From Thraustochytrium aureum (taxonomy: Eukaryota): 64,000 nucleotides of DNA. Of the stretch, positions 35,810-48,690 are shown one piece after another; the stretch's first letter is position 1; each line of letters opens with the position of its first letter. The translations under genes were made by a program, and so were the position numbers. Where the stretch lies: contig BLSG01000221.1 in assembly GCA_012862495.1 (NCBI GenBank), positions 1 through 64,000 of the forward strand. Direction: 5' to 3'. The notes below the pieces were generated by a model. The model ran no database searches. It saw nothing but the letters and a program-made list of their open reading frames with translations, and was not told where the DNA came from.

Positions 35810-37323
35810 GCTGCTTGCTGGCGCGCGTTGACCTCGGCCGACCAGGCCGCCCTGCCCGCCCGTCCGCAGCCGTGCGTGCGTCCGTGCGTCCGCAGCCGTG
35901 CGTGCGTGGAGTACGGCGCAGGCCGCTGCCTCCGCAGAAAAGCAAGGCCGAGGCCAAGGCGCAGTCAATGCCGCGAAAAGCTCGGCCCGCGCCGCGCCCG
36001 CACTGCCTTGTGCGCCTGCCGAAGCACCTGCCAGCGCCGCGCTCTTCTGCCCTCTTCACCCCGACCCAAACACGGCCGAACAGGACAGAACAGAACGAAC
36101 AGCTCGTTTGCAGGGTACAAAGAATAGCTCGCTGAGGCTCCGCTATTTAGGTATCGCTCGCTCTCTTTTGGGTCACTGAAAACCAGAACAGAGGGAATAG
36201 TTCTCTGCGTGTCTCCGCTATTCTGGGTGCGGCTCGGCTTGTTCATGTGCTCATGAAGAGCACGGTGTGCACATTTCCGGGCTCCTGCGTTCCGCTGGGG
36301 GCGGAGGACCGGGGTCCGCTGAATGTGCACACCGATTTCGGCGTCCTCTTGCGCGATCACAGTGGAAATGGAAAGTAGGGACTAAGGCTTGTGGAGGATT
36401 ACTCGAGGGTGCTCTGGCTCTGTGAGGTCGGGGTAAGTCGTGCAGAGGGATTGTCGAGGGTGTTCGGGACTAGCGCGCTGCAGGATGGGCGCGTGATGCT
36501 GTCGGAGGTAGCGTGGGTGGGTACCTACTCACTGGCCAATCATGATGGCCGCGCCGGTATGTTTGCATGGAGTTGGAGAGCGAAAGTACTGCAGTACGTA
36601 CTCAACGCACAGCCTGACGAGAGCCCTCGCTCTCATCACGCACTGCTCTCGTTGGCGCTGGCCTCACGCCGCATCCTGCATGGCCAAGCCGATCGCCGCA
36701 CCTCATGATGTTGCTTGAAACGGAGGCTTGGCGCATCAAATGGGTCCAAGTCGCGGAATTTCGCGCAGGTGGTGATGACTGCGATGAGGCTGGATGCGCG
36801 ACCCGTCGCTACTGACGCAGAGCGTCGAGCTGGCCGCATCCTCGCCAGAACGATAGGTAGGTGCCAGCGNNNNNNNNNNNNNNNNNNNNNNNNNNNNNNN
36901 NNNNNNNNNNNNNNNNNNNNNNNNNNNNNNNNNNNNNNNNNNNNNNNNNNNNNNNNNNNNNNNNNNNNNNNNNNNNNNNNNNNNNNNNNNNNNNNNNNNN
37001 NNNNNNNNNNNNNNNNNNNNNNNNNNNNNNNNNNNNNNNNNNNNNNNNNNNNNNNNNNNNNNNNNNNNNNNNNNNNNNNNNNNNNNNNNNNNNNNNNNNN
37101 NNNNNNNNNNNNNNNNNNNNNNNNNNNNNNNNNNNNNNNNNNNNNTGTGTGAGGCAACTTTACTCACCGATGATGGTCGTCGATCTTCGCGGTACTCTCG
37201 AGCAAGCAGACCCCCAACAACTTGAAGAGCCGAGCTCCTGAACGCGCAAGAGGCTCGACAACCAAACCTGCAGAAACAGGAGAACCGGCAAGGCGAGAGG
37301 GAGCGCGCAAGCAAGGGCGCACG

Positions 37324-38587
37324 ATGAGCGACGAAGAGCAGGTCAAGTTTGGGTCGCCGCTGGCTTGGGCCGAGCCCGCGTGGTACGACCCCCGAACGAG
37401 TCGCCCTACTACAATGAGGCCCACGCGAATTCCGCGCCAAGATGCGCGAGTTCGTGGACAACGAGGTGATCCCCAACGTGGACGAGTGGGAGGCCAACGG
37501 GATCCCGCGCGCCGCCTTCGAAAAGGCCGCCCAAGTGGGCCTCATCCCCACCATCCTGGGCTGGCCCGAGGACTGCACCTCGCAGCCGCGGCCCGCTCAG
37601 TTCGACGGCCTGTTCCTGGTCATCGCCTTCGACGAGCTTTGCCGCTGCGCGAGCGGAGGCATCGTGTGGGGGCTCGTCGGAGGCCTCGGTATCGGCGCGC
37701 CGCCTGTGGCACACTACGGCACTGACGAGATGAAGCAGCGCGTACTGCGCCCCTGCCTGGACGGCAAGAAGAACATCGCTCTCGCCGTCTCGGAGGCCGG
37801 CGCGGGCAGCGACGTGGCCAACCTCGCAACCGTCGCCTTGGACAAGGGCGACCACTACGAGATCACCGGCCTGAAGAAGTGGATCACGTGCGGCATGTTT
37901 GCAGACTTCTTCTGCGTAGCGGCGCGCACCGGCGGCGAGGGCTCGGGAATGATGGGCATCAGCCTCATCCTTGTCGAGCGCGACCGCGCGGGCGTGTCCA
38001 CGCGCGCCATGGACTGCATGGGGGCCAAGGGCAGCGGGACCGCCTACGTCGAGTTTGACGAGGTCAAGGTCCCAAAGTCCAACTACATCGGCGACGTCAC
38101 TTGCTTGCTCCGCAACTTTGTCACCGAGCGCCTTGGCATTGCGCTGCAGGCCAACCGCTTCGCCCGCGAGTGCCTCAAGGAGAGCGTCGAGTACGCCAAG
38201 CGCCGCAAGGCCTTCGGCAAGCGCCTCGAGGACCAGCCCGTGGTGCGCCAGAAGCTCGCCAACATGGCCATGCGCGTCGAGTCCACGCACGCCTTCCTTG
38301 AGAGCCTCGCCTTCCGCATTGTTGCGCAGGAGCGCCGCGGCGACGACGACTGGTTTGACGGCATCCTCCGCCTCGGCGCGGATGCTGGTCTCGCCAAGGT
38401 GCAGGCGACAGACACCTTTGAGTTTTGCGCGCGCGAGGCCGCCATGATCCACGGCGGCAACTCGTACGTCAAGGGCAACAAGATCGAAAACCTGTACCGC
38501 CACGTGCTGTCGCTTGCCATCCCCGGCGGCAGCTCGGACGTGATCATCGACGCAAGCGCGCGCCTCGCGCTCAAGGGCATGCTCTGA
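37324..38587 (+). CDS. Acyl-CoA dehydrogenase (two probable frameshifts near 37395 and 37428)
   Basis: 'ALAVSEAGAGSDVANL', 'ITGLKKWITCG', 'GISLILVE', 'RKAFGKRL.DQPVVR.KLA', 'IPGGS'. The N-terminus 'FGSPLAWAEPAWY...SPYYNEAH..FRAKMREFVD' is recovered by two +A corrections. Confidence 0.95.
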
Positions 38588-38805
38588 TCCGCCAAACTCC
38601 CAATCAAACTAGTTTACTATCTATTGTCTGGAGAGGGCCGCGCTCTTGCTCTCGCTGTTGTATGTATCTCTGGGCGTGCGGTCGCGTTGTCACGGCCAAC
38701 CGCAATCAATCAATCGCGCCCACGCTTGCGTGCGCTTGCCGCACTGCGCTTGGGTACTTAGCCTATTGAAGAAAGTCTGCTGCGAGGGGCGCGCTGGGAC
38801 TTTCG

Positions 38806-41800
38806 TCAAGCACAGGACGAGAGCAAGGCGTGTATCTCCGCGTTCCCCGCCGCCAGGTCAAGCGGCGTCTTGCCCTCCGCGTCCAAAAACCGGAGCAAGC
38901 GCTTTGCCCCGTTCTGCAAGAGGATCTCGCACACGCCGAGGCTCGCGTTTCGAGCTGCCTCGTGGAGCGGAGTTGTGCCAACACCGCCGCCCTCGCCGCC
39001 CTTTCCAGTGAATGCTTCAAGCGTGCCGTGGACGATGTACCACATAACCTGCTGCGCGTCGCCGCGGGTGATGGCCTCTAGCAGCAAAGCAGCAGGCTCG
39101 GCGCCGCAGCCGCACCACTCGCCCGCAAGCCCGCAATCACCAACGCCCTGCCCCTCGCTCGGGCCAAGCGGGTCCTCGATTGCAGGGCGGTGCATGGGGT
39201 GGTGGCTGGCGCTCGGGCGATCGCCGACAAAGCCTTTCCACAGGTACTTGGCCTTGATGAAGCGCTCTTTTACCGTCCGCGGCGCGCTTGGCAGAGGCTT
39301 GTTCCACCCGCTCTGCGACGCGATGTCGCCCTCCCATATTGCGTTTGCGCGGTCATTCCCCATCAGACCAAGGAGCGCCTTGCTGGACCCGGTCCACGTG
39401 TCGAGCGTCATTGAGCGCACCTTGGAGATGTGAACGCCGAGCGAGCGGTGGATGCCGAACACTCGATGCAGACCAGCACGCCTAGGTTTATGATCGCCCA
39501 GTCAGGCTGGGGCGAACCGCACTCCGCACAGCAAGAGTTTGCGAGTTGCATCTCTCGCAGGTCTTCGTCAGAGCTCAGCTGCCCGGGCTCCACAAAGCAC
39601 GTGCACGTCTCCAGATTGCAAGTCAAGCACAGGTTCGAGACGGCAGCACGCTGCTTTGCGAGCGCCGAGGCTTGCCCACCAGCTCCGCCAGAAAGACTCT
39701 TTCGGCCGCCAGACCCGTCCACGGTTGCTCCTAGATCGTGCCCGGCGGGCAAGCTCGAGAATCGCTGCGGGGCCTGCACACTGCCGCTAGCTGTCCCAGA
39801 GCTGGACGAGCGCGCCCCCAAGCTCGGCCCAGAGGCCGGGTGCGACAGCCCCGTGATCATCTTTTCCGTGCACATGCGGATGGCCTCTACCCAGGCGCGC
39901 ATGGCCGCTTCACTCTCGGCTTGCATGACGTAGGTGCGGCGATTTGGGGAGAGCAGCTCGAAGCAAAATTGCATCTCGTGCACTGTCGCAGGGTCCGCCT
40001 CGCGCACGGTGGCGAGCAAACACTCGCACACCAGCTGCGGGGTCTCAAAGTCCGAAAAATCGCGCACGTAGTACAGACGGTTCTCGCGCAAGACGAACCA
40101 ACGTCGCTTCCAAGTCTTGCGCATCTTGGACGACCGCTTGCGGAGGTACCCTTCCTTCACCACGCCACGGTCGCCAGGCCCGGCCCGAGCGGTCAGGCTC
40201 TCCCGCGGCGCAAGCAGCCGTGCCCCTGAAGCCACCTGAGGCCCGGCGTCAAGCGCTGCTGTCGAGGCGGCCGACTCCGTCAAAGTCGATTCTGGCGAGG
40301 GCGCGCTCAAGTCGACCGCCTCCTCAGCGCTTTCCTCGACTATGGCAGCGCTGGCGTTGAACAGCTGTCCCACGGCAGCCGCCTCGCGCATGGCCATTTT
40401 GTAGGACGAAGTGGGCGAGGAGACTGCGCAAACGTAACGAGGTTCGGAAGGTGAGGCTGTGCTCTCCAGCTCCGCGCCGCGAGAACTGTCTGCCTGAGCG
40501 CGCTGCGCAAGGTCTTGCTGTGACATGCCGCTGCTCACTGGTTCGGCGCACGCCACAGCTTGGTTCTGCGCGAGCGACCCTTCCGTCTTGGAAAACCTGC
40601 GGGAGGCCCAGGTCCGGATCTTGGACTTTATGAGCGAGGAGGAGTGCCGGCTCGAATGCCGAGGCGGGCGAGTGTCAACAGAGCGCGGCGCGTGGCGTGC
40701 TCCGCTCAACGCCGCGTTGCTTCCGAGAACCGCGAAACGTCCCGTTGCGGCACCCCCAGCGCTGGTGTCTTCCACCTCCGCCTTCGGCGACGGCGTAAGA
40801 GCGGTTTCGGCTTCCGCGAGCATGCGATCGCCCTCGCTGCTTGAGCGCCGCGAGTGCGCCCCGCCGAGAGCCTCTTGCATGCTAGAGGTCCCGTTCGCGT
40901 CGAGCCAAGTCCGCGAAGCTCCAAGGCGCGTCTCATCCAGCTTGGCAGCCATCACGGCTGNNNNNNNNNNNNNNNNNNNNNNNNNNNNNNNNNNNNNNNN
41001 NNNNNNNNNNNNNNNNNNNNNNNNNNNNNNNNNNNNNNNNNNNNNNNNNNNNNNNNNNNNNNNNNNNNNNNNNNNNNNNNNNNNNNNNNNNNNNNNNNNN
41101 NNNNNNNNNNNNNNNNNNNNNNNNNNNNNNNNNNNNNNNNNNNNNNNNNNNNNNNNNNNNNNACTGCAGCTCAGCCACTCGGTGGAGCGAAGGAACCGCG
41201 TGTATGTGTCGGCCGAGATGATATCGAGCACTTCGCTCTGGGATTGGTCGAAAAACGACCGCGCCAGGCCTCCGCCCTGCCGCGACAGGCACTCTTGGAA
41301 CGCGCGCGCCAGCTGCGACCTGCGCCCGTGGCTCAAAAGCAGCACCGACTCGCCACTGTCCAGGTACCTCTCGAGCATCGCTTGCGCGTGGATGGCGCGC
41401 GCGTGAGCGTCTGGAAGCGCACGGTACCGCTCAACGTCGAGCCAGAAGGCGACGTGATCCTGGTTGCCCTCACCGATAACGAACCGCAACAGAGCGTTGA
41501 GCTGCTGCGCGTTGCGGAGAATCTCCCCCAGCACGGGCGACTTCTTCAGCAAATAAAGCTATCCGCATGTTGAGCCGGCCCTCCGCGCGCCGCAGAGCGT
41601 TCGAGGGCGGCGTCGCGGCGCTCGCGGCTCCGACAGCGGCCTCGCCTGTCGCGCTAGAGCGCGCGCGGTCTTGGCACTGTTGCCACTCGCGCGAGCCAAT
41701 TTGCGGACTCGCCGGCCCGTTGGCGGCGGCTGTTGGGCTGGAGGGCTGAGCAGAGTGCCTCGTCAGCCTCCGCATAAACTCGATTGAGGCGCCACGGCCG

Positions 41801-42990
41801 TGAAGGATCTTGGCCGCAACCGAGGAGCTGGCTGGGCTGGCGAGCTGGTCGTCGTCGGGGCCGGATGCGTTTGGACCCACGCCTGGTCGCTCCGCGCTGT
41901 GCAGCGAGTCGGAGCTTTGGGAAAGCTCTCCCGCGGGGTCTCCTTGGTCAGCGCGCACTTCGAGCCGCGTTGAGGTGAGCTTGACGGACCGGCACAAGGT
42001 GCGGCACAGTTCGAAGCGCAGCCGGCCAAAGCCAGTGTCCGTCTCTTGCAGAAAGTCGTGGATTGCGGGAAACACCTGCTGCAAGGCGTGGCACTGCGGC
42101 ATTATCTCCATCATCGAGTCGTGGTTGCTGTGCACACCACTTTGCACAGCAAACAGGCCGCGGACAACGCACTCGGCGAGCTCGTTCTGGCGCTTGACTT
42201 GGAGCCGGTTGAGCTGGCGCGTGAGGTCGAGCCTGCTGAGCTCGTACTGCTCAAAGGCGACAATCGCGTCGCTCTCACGCTGAGCAAGGCCAATTATGAA
42301 CTGGTTTTGAGCTGCGACGGACTTGTGCTTGAGCGGCCGCTTCGTGTTGAGAAAGTGAGACAGCGCAGACTCGTACTCGTTCAAGGCCTTTGTCATGTTG
42401 CGGTGCAGCTCTCGCGTCTGGTCCACCTCGTTCGCATTAAACGCCTCTACGCACTCGGTGAAGGTGGACTCTAGCACATTGAGCGAGGTCTCCCGCGCTT
42501 CGGCCATCCCTTCAAGGATCACGCCAAACTGATGCGCGGTAATCGAGAGCAGCTCGCGCTCCCCGCCAAGCGCAGCACAGGCCTTGAGCGACTCAGCAAA
42601 GCCAATCTCGGCGTCCCGCAGGTCGTGCGACCGCTTGCGCCATTTGCGTGAGGCTTCGACGATGCGAACGAGCTGTTGACGGAGGCCGTTGCAGGCCTCC
42701 ATGTGCTCCGCTATGCGCTTCTGGAAGTGCGGCGAGTCGTTCGCAAAGTCGATCAGCTCAATCCCTGCTCCCCACCCATGCCGTAGCCTGAGCAGCTCGC
42801 TGTCGCTCTTGCCCGCGTTGTCCTCAGGCGCGTCGTGTTCCCGGGCGTCGAGCGCCTGCCGGTCCATTTTTCGTTTGAGCGCGACATTCTCCGCTTCTAG
42901 CTCGACCACTCGCAGCTTTAGCGCTGCCGCTTCGGCGTTCTCGCGTGCCGCTGAGCTGCCGCCGCAGACGGGGCAGTTCCCTCCGTTCAT
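38806..42990 (-). CDS. ACAP/centaurin-beta-type ArfGAP with BAR, RGS, PH, ArfGAP and ankyrin domains (frameshifts ~41552, ~39455; N-gap 40961-41162)
   Basis: BAR 'DSPHFQKRI...'; RGS 'AFWLDVERYR...ERYL...FFDQSQSEV...I..DTYTRFLRS'; PH 'KEGYLRKRSSKMRKTWKRRWFVL...FELLSPNRRTYVMQAESE....WV'; ArfGAP 'CAEC...[32 protein letters not shown]'; ankyrin 'TTPLHEAA...LLQNGA...GKTPLDLA'. Confidence 0.92.
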
Positions 42991-44130
42991 GCCGGCGTTC
43001 GCCACTGGACTCGGCTCGCGCTGTCGCTCGTGTCGCGACCGGCAATCGCAAACCGTCGAGCGAGTCGTGCGTCCCACAGGTGACGGATCGTGTGTTTGAT
43101 TGTTTGCCCTGGCTGTCTCGCAGCGCTCCTGCGACGGCCCGGCGCTGGGCAGGTGGCAGATCCCACCGCCTCGAGCTGCTTCGCCCGTTTGGCGCTTGCC
43201 CTCGCACTGACCGGCGGCCTCGCGACCTTGCCGCCCGTCCTGTTCTGTTGGGTGCCTGTTTCGTGCACCTTTTTGACGTCCCCAAGGCGGTCAAAACGCG
43301 TTGACTGCGGCGGCCCATGACCGATCTTACGGCCGGAGCGGAGCCCGGCTCGGGCCGAGCGGAGCAGCGGAGCAGCGCAGCGCTCGTGTTCTGCCAGGCT
43401 GGCCCTGCTCTGTTGTGGCGGAGCGGAGGAGGCGAGAGCGCGCACATTTCAGGCCGTCCACTTCGGCGCTCATCGTTCTGGTCGTTTCCCTTCGAGCCCG
43501 CTGACCGAGACGACCCTGTACGTGCCACCTAAGGGAGGCGCAGCGCGGGATGCCGTGGCAGAAGTCGCGCTCTGTAGAGCTCAGCAGCAAGTACCGCAGC
43601 GCGCGATCCACCGCCGCTTCGGTTTCGTCAACAACAACGAGGTGCCGCAATCGCGGCGGCGCAGCGGGCGCCGCCGGTGCGCATCCACGACGCACTAGCT
43701 CGGCTCGGAGGGCGCGGGACGCCGTAGCTGTCGCGCACCGCGATGATTTGCGCCGCGCCCAGACTGCGCCAGCGCGCGGCGAGCCTCCAGCTCGCTGCCG
43801 GCCCTGCCCCCAGCCAAGCACGCAAACAGCCCGCCATCCAGCAAGGGGGCGTGGCGTGCCAGGACCGCACCGCGCGCGAGATCCGCGCTGCGCTCCATGC
43901 GCGCGGGCCCAAGCGGAATCGGAGCGCGCGATGAACTCCAAGTTGACTTGCAAGGAAAAAGATCATCACGACACTTGAGTGGACACCAGCAGAGCAGAAC
44001 ACTGACTGCGCGCGCGCCCGAGTCGCGAGCAAGGCAGACCACTTCGCGCGGCACAAGACCGTTCGGCTTCGTGCTTGCCGTGGCTAGTTGTGGCTCGAAC
44101 CGGGCGGTGGTTGGCGAAGCGGTGGCGAGG

Positions 44131-44959
44131 ATGAGCGACCCGGCCAAGCGACCCGCCCCCGCGGATGCACCAGCCAGCGAGGCGAAACGACAGCGGGAGG
44201 AGGGCCACGGCGACGAGGTGGTGCCGTGCAAGCCGGAGCCGTTTCTTAAGTCCAGCCAATCCGCAGAGTTTGAGGCTGGGATGCAGATGGTCATGGAGGA
44301 GCTGGCTGAAGAGGGCGAGCGGCGCGAGGCGATCCAAAAGCCGTGCCGCAACCTGCGCAACGTGATCGAAGCCAGCATCCGCATGCTGCACAACGGGGAG
44401 AACTGCGAGCTGGCCAAGGCCCGGGCCGATGTGGACGCGTTTCTGGCGACCCTGACTGGGCCCGCGGAGAGCTTCCGCGTTTACAACAACGTCTCCAACA
44501 TGCTGTCGGCTCTTGTTGCTGCGGAAGGCCTGCAGCACTTTCTGGCAACCGGAAAGCTCATCCGAAAGGGCGGCAACTTTGACTCGCTTACCACAAACGA
44601 GTACCTGCTCGGCGTGGTGCGGCTCTCTGACGAGGTGGAGAGCTACGCCGTGGGCCGCGCAATGTGGCAAGACACGGCCTCCGTCGCTCTGTGCAGCCGT
44701 TTCATGAACGCCGTGCTCGTCGCATTTATGGAGTTCAATCTCCGCAACGGCAACCTGCGCCGCCGGTATGACTCGATCAAGTACAGGGTGAAAAAGCTGG
44801 AGAACATTCTGTTCGAGCTGTCGCTCATCGTCGGCACAAGCGAGATCGAGCGTGTCGAGGCAGGCGCCGCGGGCGGCTCTCCACTCGACCAGGAGGAGAT
44901 GCTGCAGTTCGGAAAGGATATCGACGAGGCCTCAGAGGTGCGCAATCAGGTCATCATCG
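44131..44959 (+). CDS. Translin-family protein, continuing into a probable second translin/TRAX-like domain (3' part in gap)
   Basis: 'EEGERREAIQKPCRNL', 'EYLLGVVRLSDEV..YAV', 'FNLRNGNLRRRYDSIKYRVKKLENILFELS'. The frame stays open beyond this: 'DIDEASEVRNQVII'. Confidence 0.85.
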
Positions 44960-45877
44960 NNNNNNNNNNNNNNNNNNNNNNNNNNNNNNNNNNNNNNNNN
45001 NNNNNNNNNNNNNNNNNNNNNNNNNNNNNNNNNNNNNNNNNNNNNNNNNNNNNNNNNNNNNNNNNNNNNNNNNNNNNNNNNNNNNNNNNNNNNNNNNNNN
45101 NNNNNNNNNNNNNNNNNNNNNNNNNNNNNNNNNNNNNNNNNNNNNNNNNNNNNNNNNNNNNNNNNNNNNNNNNNNNNNNNNNNNNNNNNNNNNNNNNNNN
45201 NNNNNNNNNNNNNNNNNNNNNNNNNNNNNNNNNNNNNNNNNNNNNNNNNNNNNNNNNNNNNNNNNNNNNNNNNNNNNNNNNNNNNNNNNNNNNNNNNNNN
45301 NNNNNNNNNNNNNNNNNNNNNNNNNNNNNNNNNNNNNNNNNNNNNNNNNNNNNNNNNNNNNNNNNNNNNNNNNNNNNNNNNNNNNNNNNNNNNNNNNNNN
45401 NNNNNNNNNNNNNNNNNNNNNNNNNNNNNNNNNNNNNNNNNNNNNNNNNNNNNNNNNNNNNNNNNNNNNNNNNNNNNNNNNNNNNNNNNNNNNNNNNNNN
45501 NNNNNNNNNNNNNNNNNNNNNNNNNNNNNNNNNNNNNNNNNNNNNNNNNNNNNNNNNNNNNNNNNNNNNNNNNNNNNNNNNNNNNNNNNNNNNNNNNNNN
45601 NNNNNNNNNNNNNNNNNNNNNNNNNNNNNNNNNNNNNNNNNNNNNNNNNNNNNNNNNNNNNNNNNNNNNNNNNNNNNNNNNNNNNNNNNNNNNNNNNNNN
45701 NNNNNNNNNNNNNNNNNNNNNNNNNNNNNNNNNNNNNNNNNNNNNNNNNNNNNNNNNNNNNNNNNNNNNNNNNNNNNNNNNNNNNNNNNNNNNNNNNNNN
45801 NNCGGCGATCGCAGCAGCAGGCGTCCCTTGGCGCACGCAGGCGCTCGCGCACTGGTCGGCGTGGCTCGCCTCCACAC

Positions 45878-46028
45878 TGCCTCCTTGCCTGCCTCCTTGC
45901 CTGGCTTCTTGCCTGCCTGGCTGCCTGCCTGCCGCGCGACCCTTCTGCGTCTGGACGCGCCCCGCGCACGAGTCCGATGGACAGATAGATGGATGGATGG
46001 ACAGATGGATGGATGGATGGATGGATGG
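45878..46028. repeat. Microsatellites (GCCT)-like and (GGAT)n upstream of ERGIC3
   Basis: Read directly. Confidence 0.8.
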
Positions 46029-46228
46029 GACGGTCCTGGCGCAGGACAGATCGATCCCTGGTCGCGCTCGCGTGGAAGCTGCGCAGCGCGCGCGAGAGCG
46101 AGCGAGCGAGCGAGTGAGCGGGCGACTCTGGTGCGCTGCGAGCTGGGCGCGCTCGGGGCGGCGGCGCACGGGCGCTGCGCTGCGGGGATCTTGCGGCGGC
46201 TCCGGGGCTGCAGATCGTTGGCCGCGCG

Positions 46229-47527
46229 ATGGGGGCCCTGGACAGGCTGAGCGGGCTCGATGCGTACCCGAAGGTGCGCAACGAGTTTCGCGTGTGGACG
46301 GAGAGCGGCGGGATCGCCACGTTGGCAGCGCTGGCCGTGATGTTCCTGCTGTCAGCAAACCAGTTGTGGGCATTCTGGACCCGCGAAGCGATCGAGCAGG
46401 TCGTCGTTGACGAGGCCCTGCACGACATGCTCACCATTCACTTTGACCTGACGTTCCCCAAGCTCCAGTGCGAGGCCATAGCGATCGATGCCGTGGACGC
46501 GTCTGGCGGGCAGCAGTCGATGAGCAAGCACGCCGTTTTCAAGCTCCCCCTCGACGCGGAAGGGCATGCGGTGGGCCACACGATAAAGCAGGACGCAGCA
46601 ACAGGCACTGTGCTTTCGCGCAGCGAGGCGGAAAAGCGCCACGACGAGGTCAAGCGCAACCAAGGTGACAATGCTGACTCAATCATGAGCAACAAGCGCA
46701 AGCCGCAGCACACGGCGTGCGGGAGCTGCTACGGAGTTGACGGCGCCGTCGAGCCGCTCAAGTGCTGCAACTCGTGCAAGCAGGTCCAAGAGGCATTTCA
46801 TTTTCGCGGCTGGGAATGGCGCGAATCCGCGCGGGACCGGTTCTGGCAGTGCCGCGAAGAATCGCAGCGAGGCAGGAAGGGCACTGAAGCTGAACACCGC
46901 GAGTTGGAGCACCGTCCCGACGTAGGCTGCGACGTGTTCGGTTCCATATTTGTTGCCAAAGCGAAGGGCAGCTTTCACTTCGGCCCTTCTGCCAACGCTG
47001 GGGCAAATATGATCCTCGTTATGCTTGGACTGGCGAGCATTCACTTTGACGTCTCGCATCGCGTCAACTCGCTCTGGTTTGGCGAGCACTCGCCAAAGGT
47101 CGGGCGCGCGGCCCTGGCGCTGGTCGACTCGCGCGCGGAGTCCCGCGACCCGCCCTTAGATGGCGTGTCGAGCGACCTCAAAGACCCGTCCATCGTTCAA
47201 TACTACGTCAAAGTGGTCCCGACGGACGTCGTGTTCAACAACGGCACAACAGTGTCCACTTTCGGGTACGCGGCGACTGAGCATGTGCGCCCCGTTGGCC
47301 GCGGATCGCTTCCGTCCCTGCACGTCTTTTATGACACTCCGCCGCTGCGCCTCGTCTACCGCGAGCACCACAAGTCGTGGTCGCACTTCCAGACCAACCT
47401 CTGCGCTCTTACTGGGGGAGTTTTCTCAGTCTTTGGCATGTTGGACGCGCTCGTTTACAAGAACAAGCTTCGGTCCTTGCGCCAAGTTTTGCGTCGGCGC
47501 GAGTCGGGCAAGCCCGGAGCTCTCTGA
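46229..47527 (+). CDS. ERGIC3: ER-Golgi intermediate compartment protein 3 / Erv46
   Basis: 'LDAYPK...T.SGG', 'IHFDLTFPKLQC...DAVDASG', 'CGSCYG...CCNSC..V..A....GW', 'GC...G...V.K..GSFH', 'QYYVKVVPT', 'HF.TNLCALTGGVFSV'. Confidence 0.95.
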   Translation: MGALDRLSGLDAYPKVRNEFRVWTESGGIATLAALAVMFLLSANQLWAFWTREAIEQVVVDEALHDMLTIHFDLTFPKLQCEAIAIDAVDASGGQQSMSKHAVFKLPLDAEGHAVGHTIKQDAATGTVLSRSEAEKRHDEVKRNQGDNADSIMSNKRKPQHTACGSCYGVDGAVEPLKCCNSCKQVQEAFHFRGWEWRESARDRFWQCREESQRGRKGTEAEHRELEHRPDVGCDVFGSIFVAKAKGSFHFGPSANAGANMILVMLGLASIHFDVSHRVNSLWFGEHSPKVGRAALALVDSRAESRDPPLDGVSSDLKDPSIVQYYVKVVPTDVVFNNGTTVSTFGYAATEHVRPVGRGSLPSLHVFYDTPPLRLVYREHHKSWSHFQTNLCALTGGVFSVFGMLDALVYKNKLRSLRQVLRRRESGKPGAL

Positions 47528-48690
47528 AGAGCGGCTAGGGCGACTCTCTTGCGCCATCCATTGCTAGCGGCGCTGGCGCGCCTATTCCTTCAAAAGCTGC
47601 CTCGTTCGCCGAACCCAACCCACACCACCAACTTNNNNNNNNNNNNNNNNNNNNNNNNNNNNNNNNNNNNNNNNNNNNNNNNNNNNNNNNNNNNNNNNNN
47701 NNNNNNNNNNNNNNNNNNNNNNNNNNNNNNNNNNNNNNNNNNNNNNNNNNNNNNNNNNNNNNNNNNNNNNNNNNNNNNNNNNNNNNNNNNNNNNNNNNNN
47801 NNNNNNNNNNNNNNNNNNNNNNNNNNNNNNNNNNNNNNNNNNNNNNNNNNNNNNNNNNNNNNNNNNNNNNNNNNNNNNNNNNNNNNNNNNNNNNNNNNNN
47901 NNNNNNNNNNNNNNNNNNNNNNNNNNNNNNNNNNNNNNNNNNNNNNNNNNNNNNNNNNNNNNNNNNNNNNNNNNNNNNNNNNNNNNNNNNNNNNNNNNNN
48001 NNNNNNNNNNNNNNNNNNNNNNNNNNNNNNNNNNNNNNNNNNNNNNNNNNNNNNNNNNNNNNNNNNNNNNNNNNNNNNNNNNNNNNNNNNNNNNNNNNNN
48101 NNNNNNNNNNNNNNNNNNNNNNNNNNNNNNNNNNNNNNCATGCGCGGTGTTTTTGCTGCGGCGAGCCAGCGGCGTACACGATGCGAACGCTCGCGCGCGA
48201 GGACCGCGTGCTGGTTGGGGGTGCCGACATCTACCAAGCGGCTTGCGCGTTGCACCACAGCATCCCGCGCGGAGAGCAGGTCGCGGGGATCTAGCTAGCT
48301 TGGTAGTGTTGGGGCACGATCGCTTGGCGCGGCTGGGTCCGCGCATCGGGCCATGATGGGTGGCTCGTGATGGCTCGCTCGCTAGTGATGGGTTGCTATT
48401 AGCGTTTGCTGCGCTGTGCGGCCGGCGCCCGTGCGACCGCGTTGCAAGGCATACTGGTGGGAAATGCGAATCGGCCGTGCTAAGCCTCGTTTGGGCCACG
48501 TGTTTGGTGCGCCGAGGTTTTCTGCGCCACCGCCCTCGCAAAGCAGTCGCCGACGTCTCTGCACCGTCGTCGCAAAGCAGTAAACGATTCCATTCTTTTT
48601 TAAAATCAACAGCCACTCGCCAGAGCCGCCTTCGAGCAGCTGAAAGCCGCGTCGCGCGCGCATTGCTACTTTTGCAATACATACCTACTT

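Noticed and set aside
36120..36870. Short ORFs in a lower-GC stretch before a gap
   Set aside because: Stops in all plausible frames and no recognisable domain.
37409..38503. Long antisense ORF over the acyl-CoA dehydrogenase (likewise 30105..31016, 58102..59307)
   Set aside because: Shadow ORFs caused by strong GC3 codon bias in the real gene on the opposite strand.
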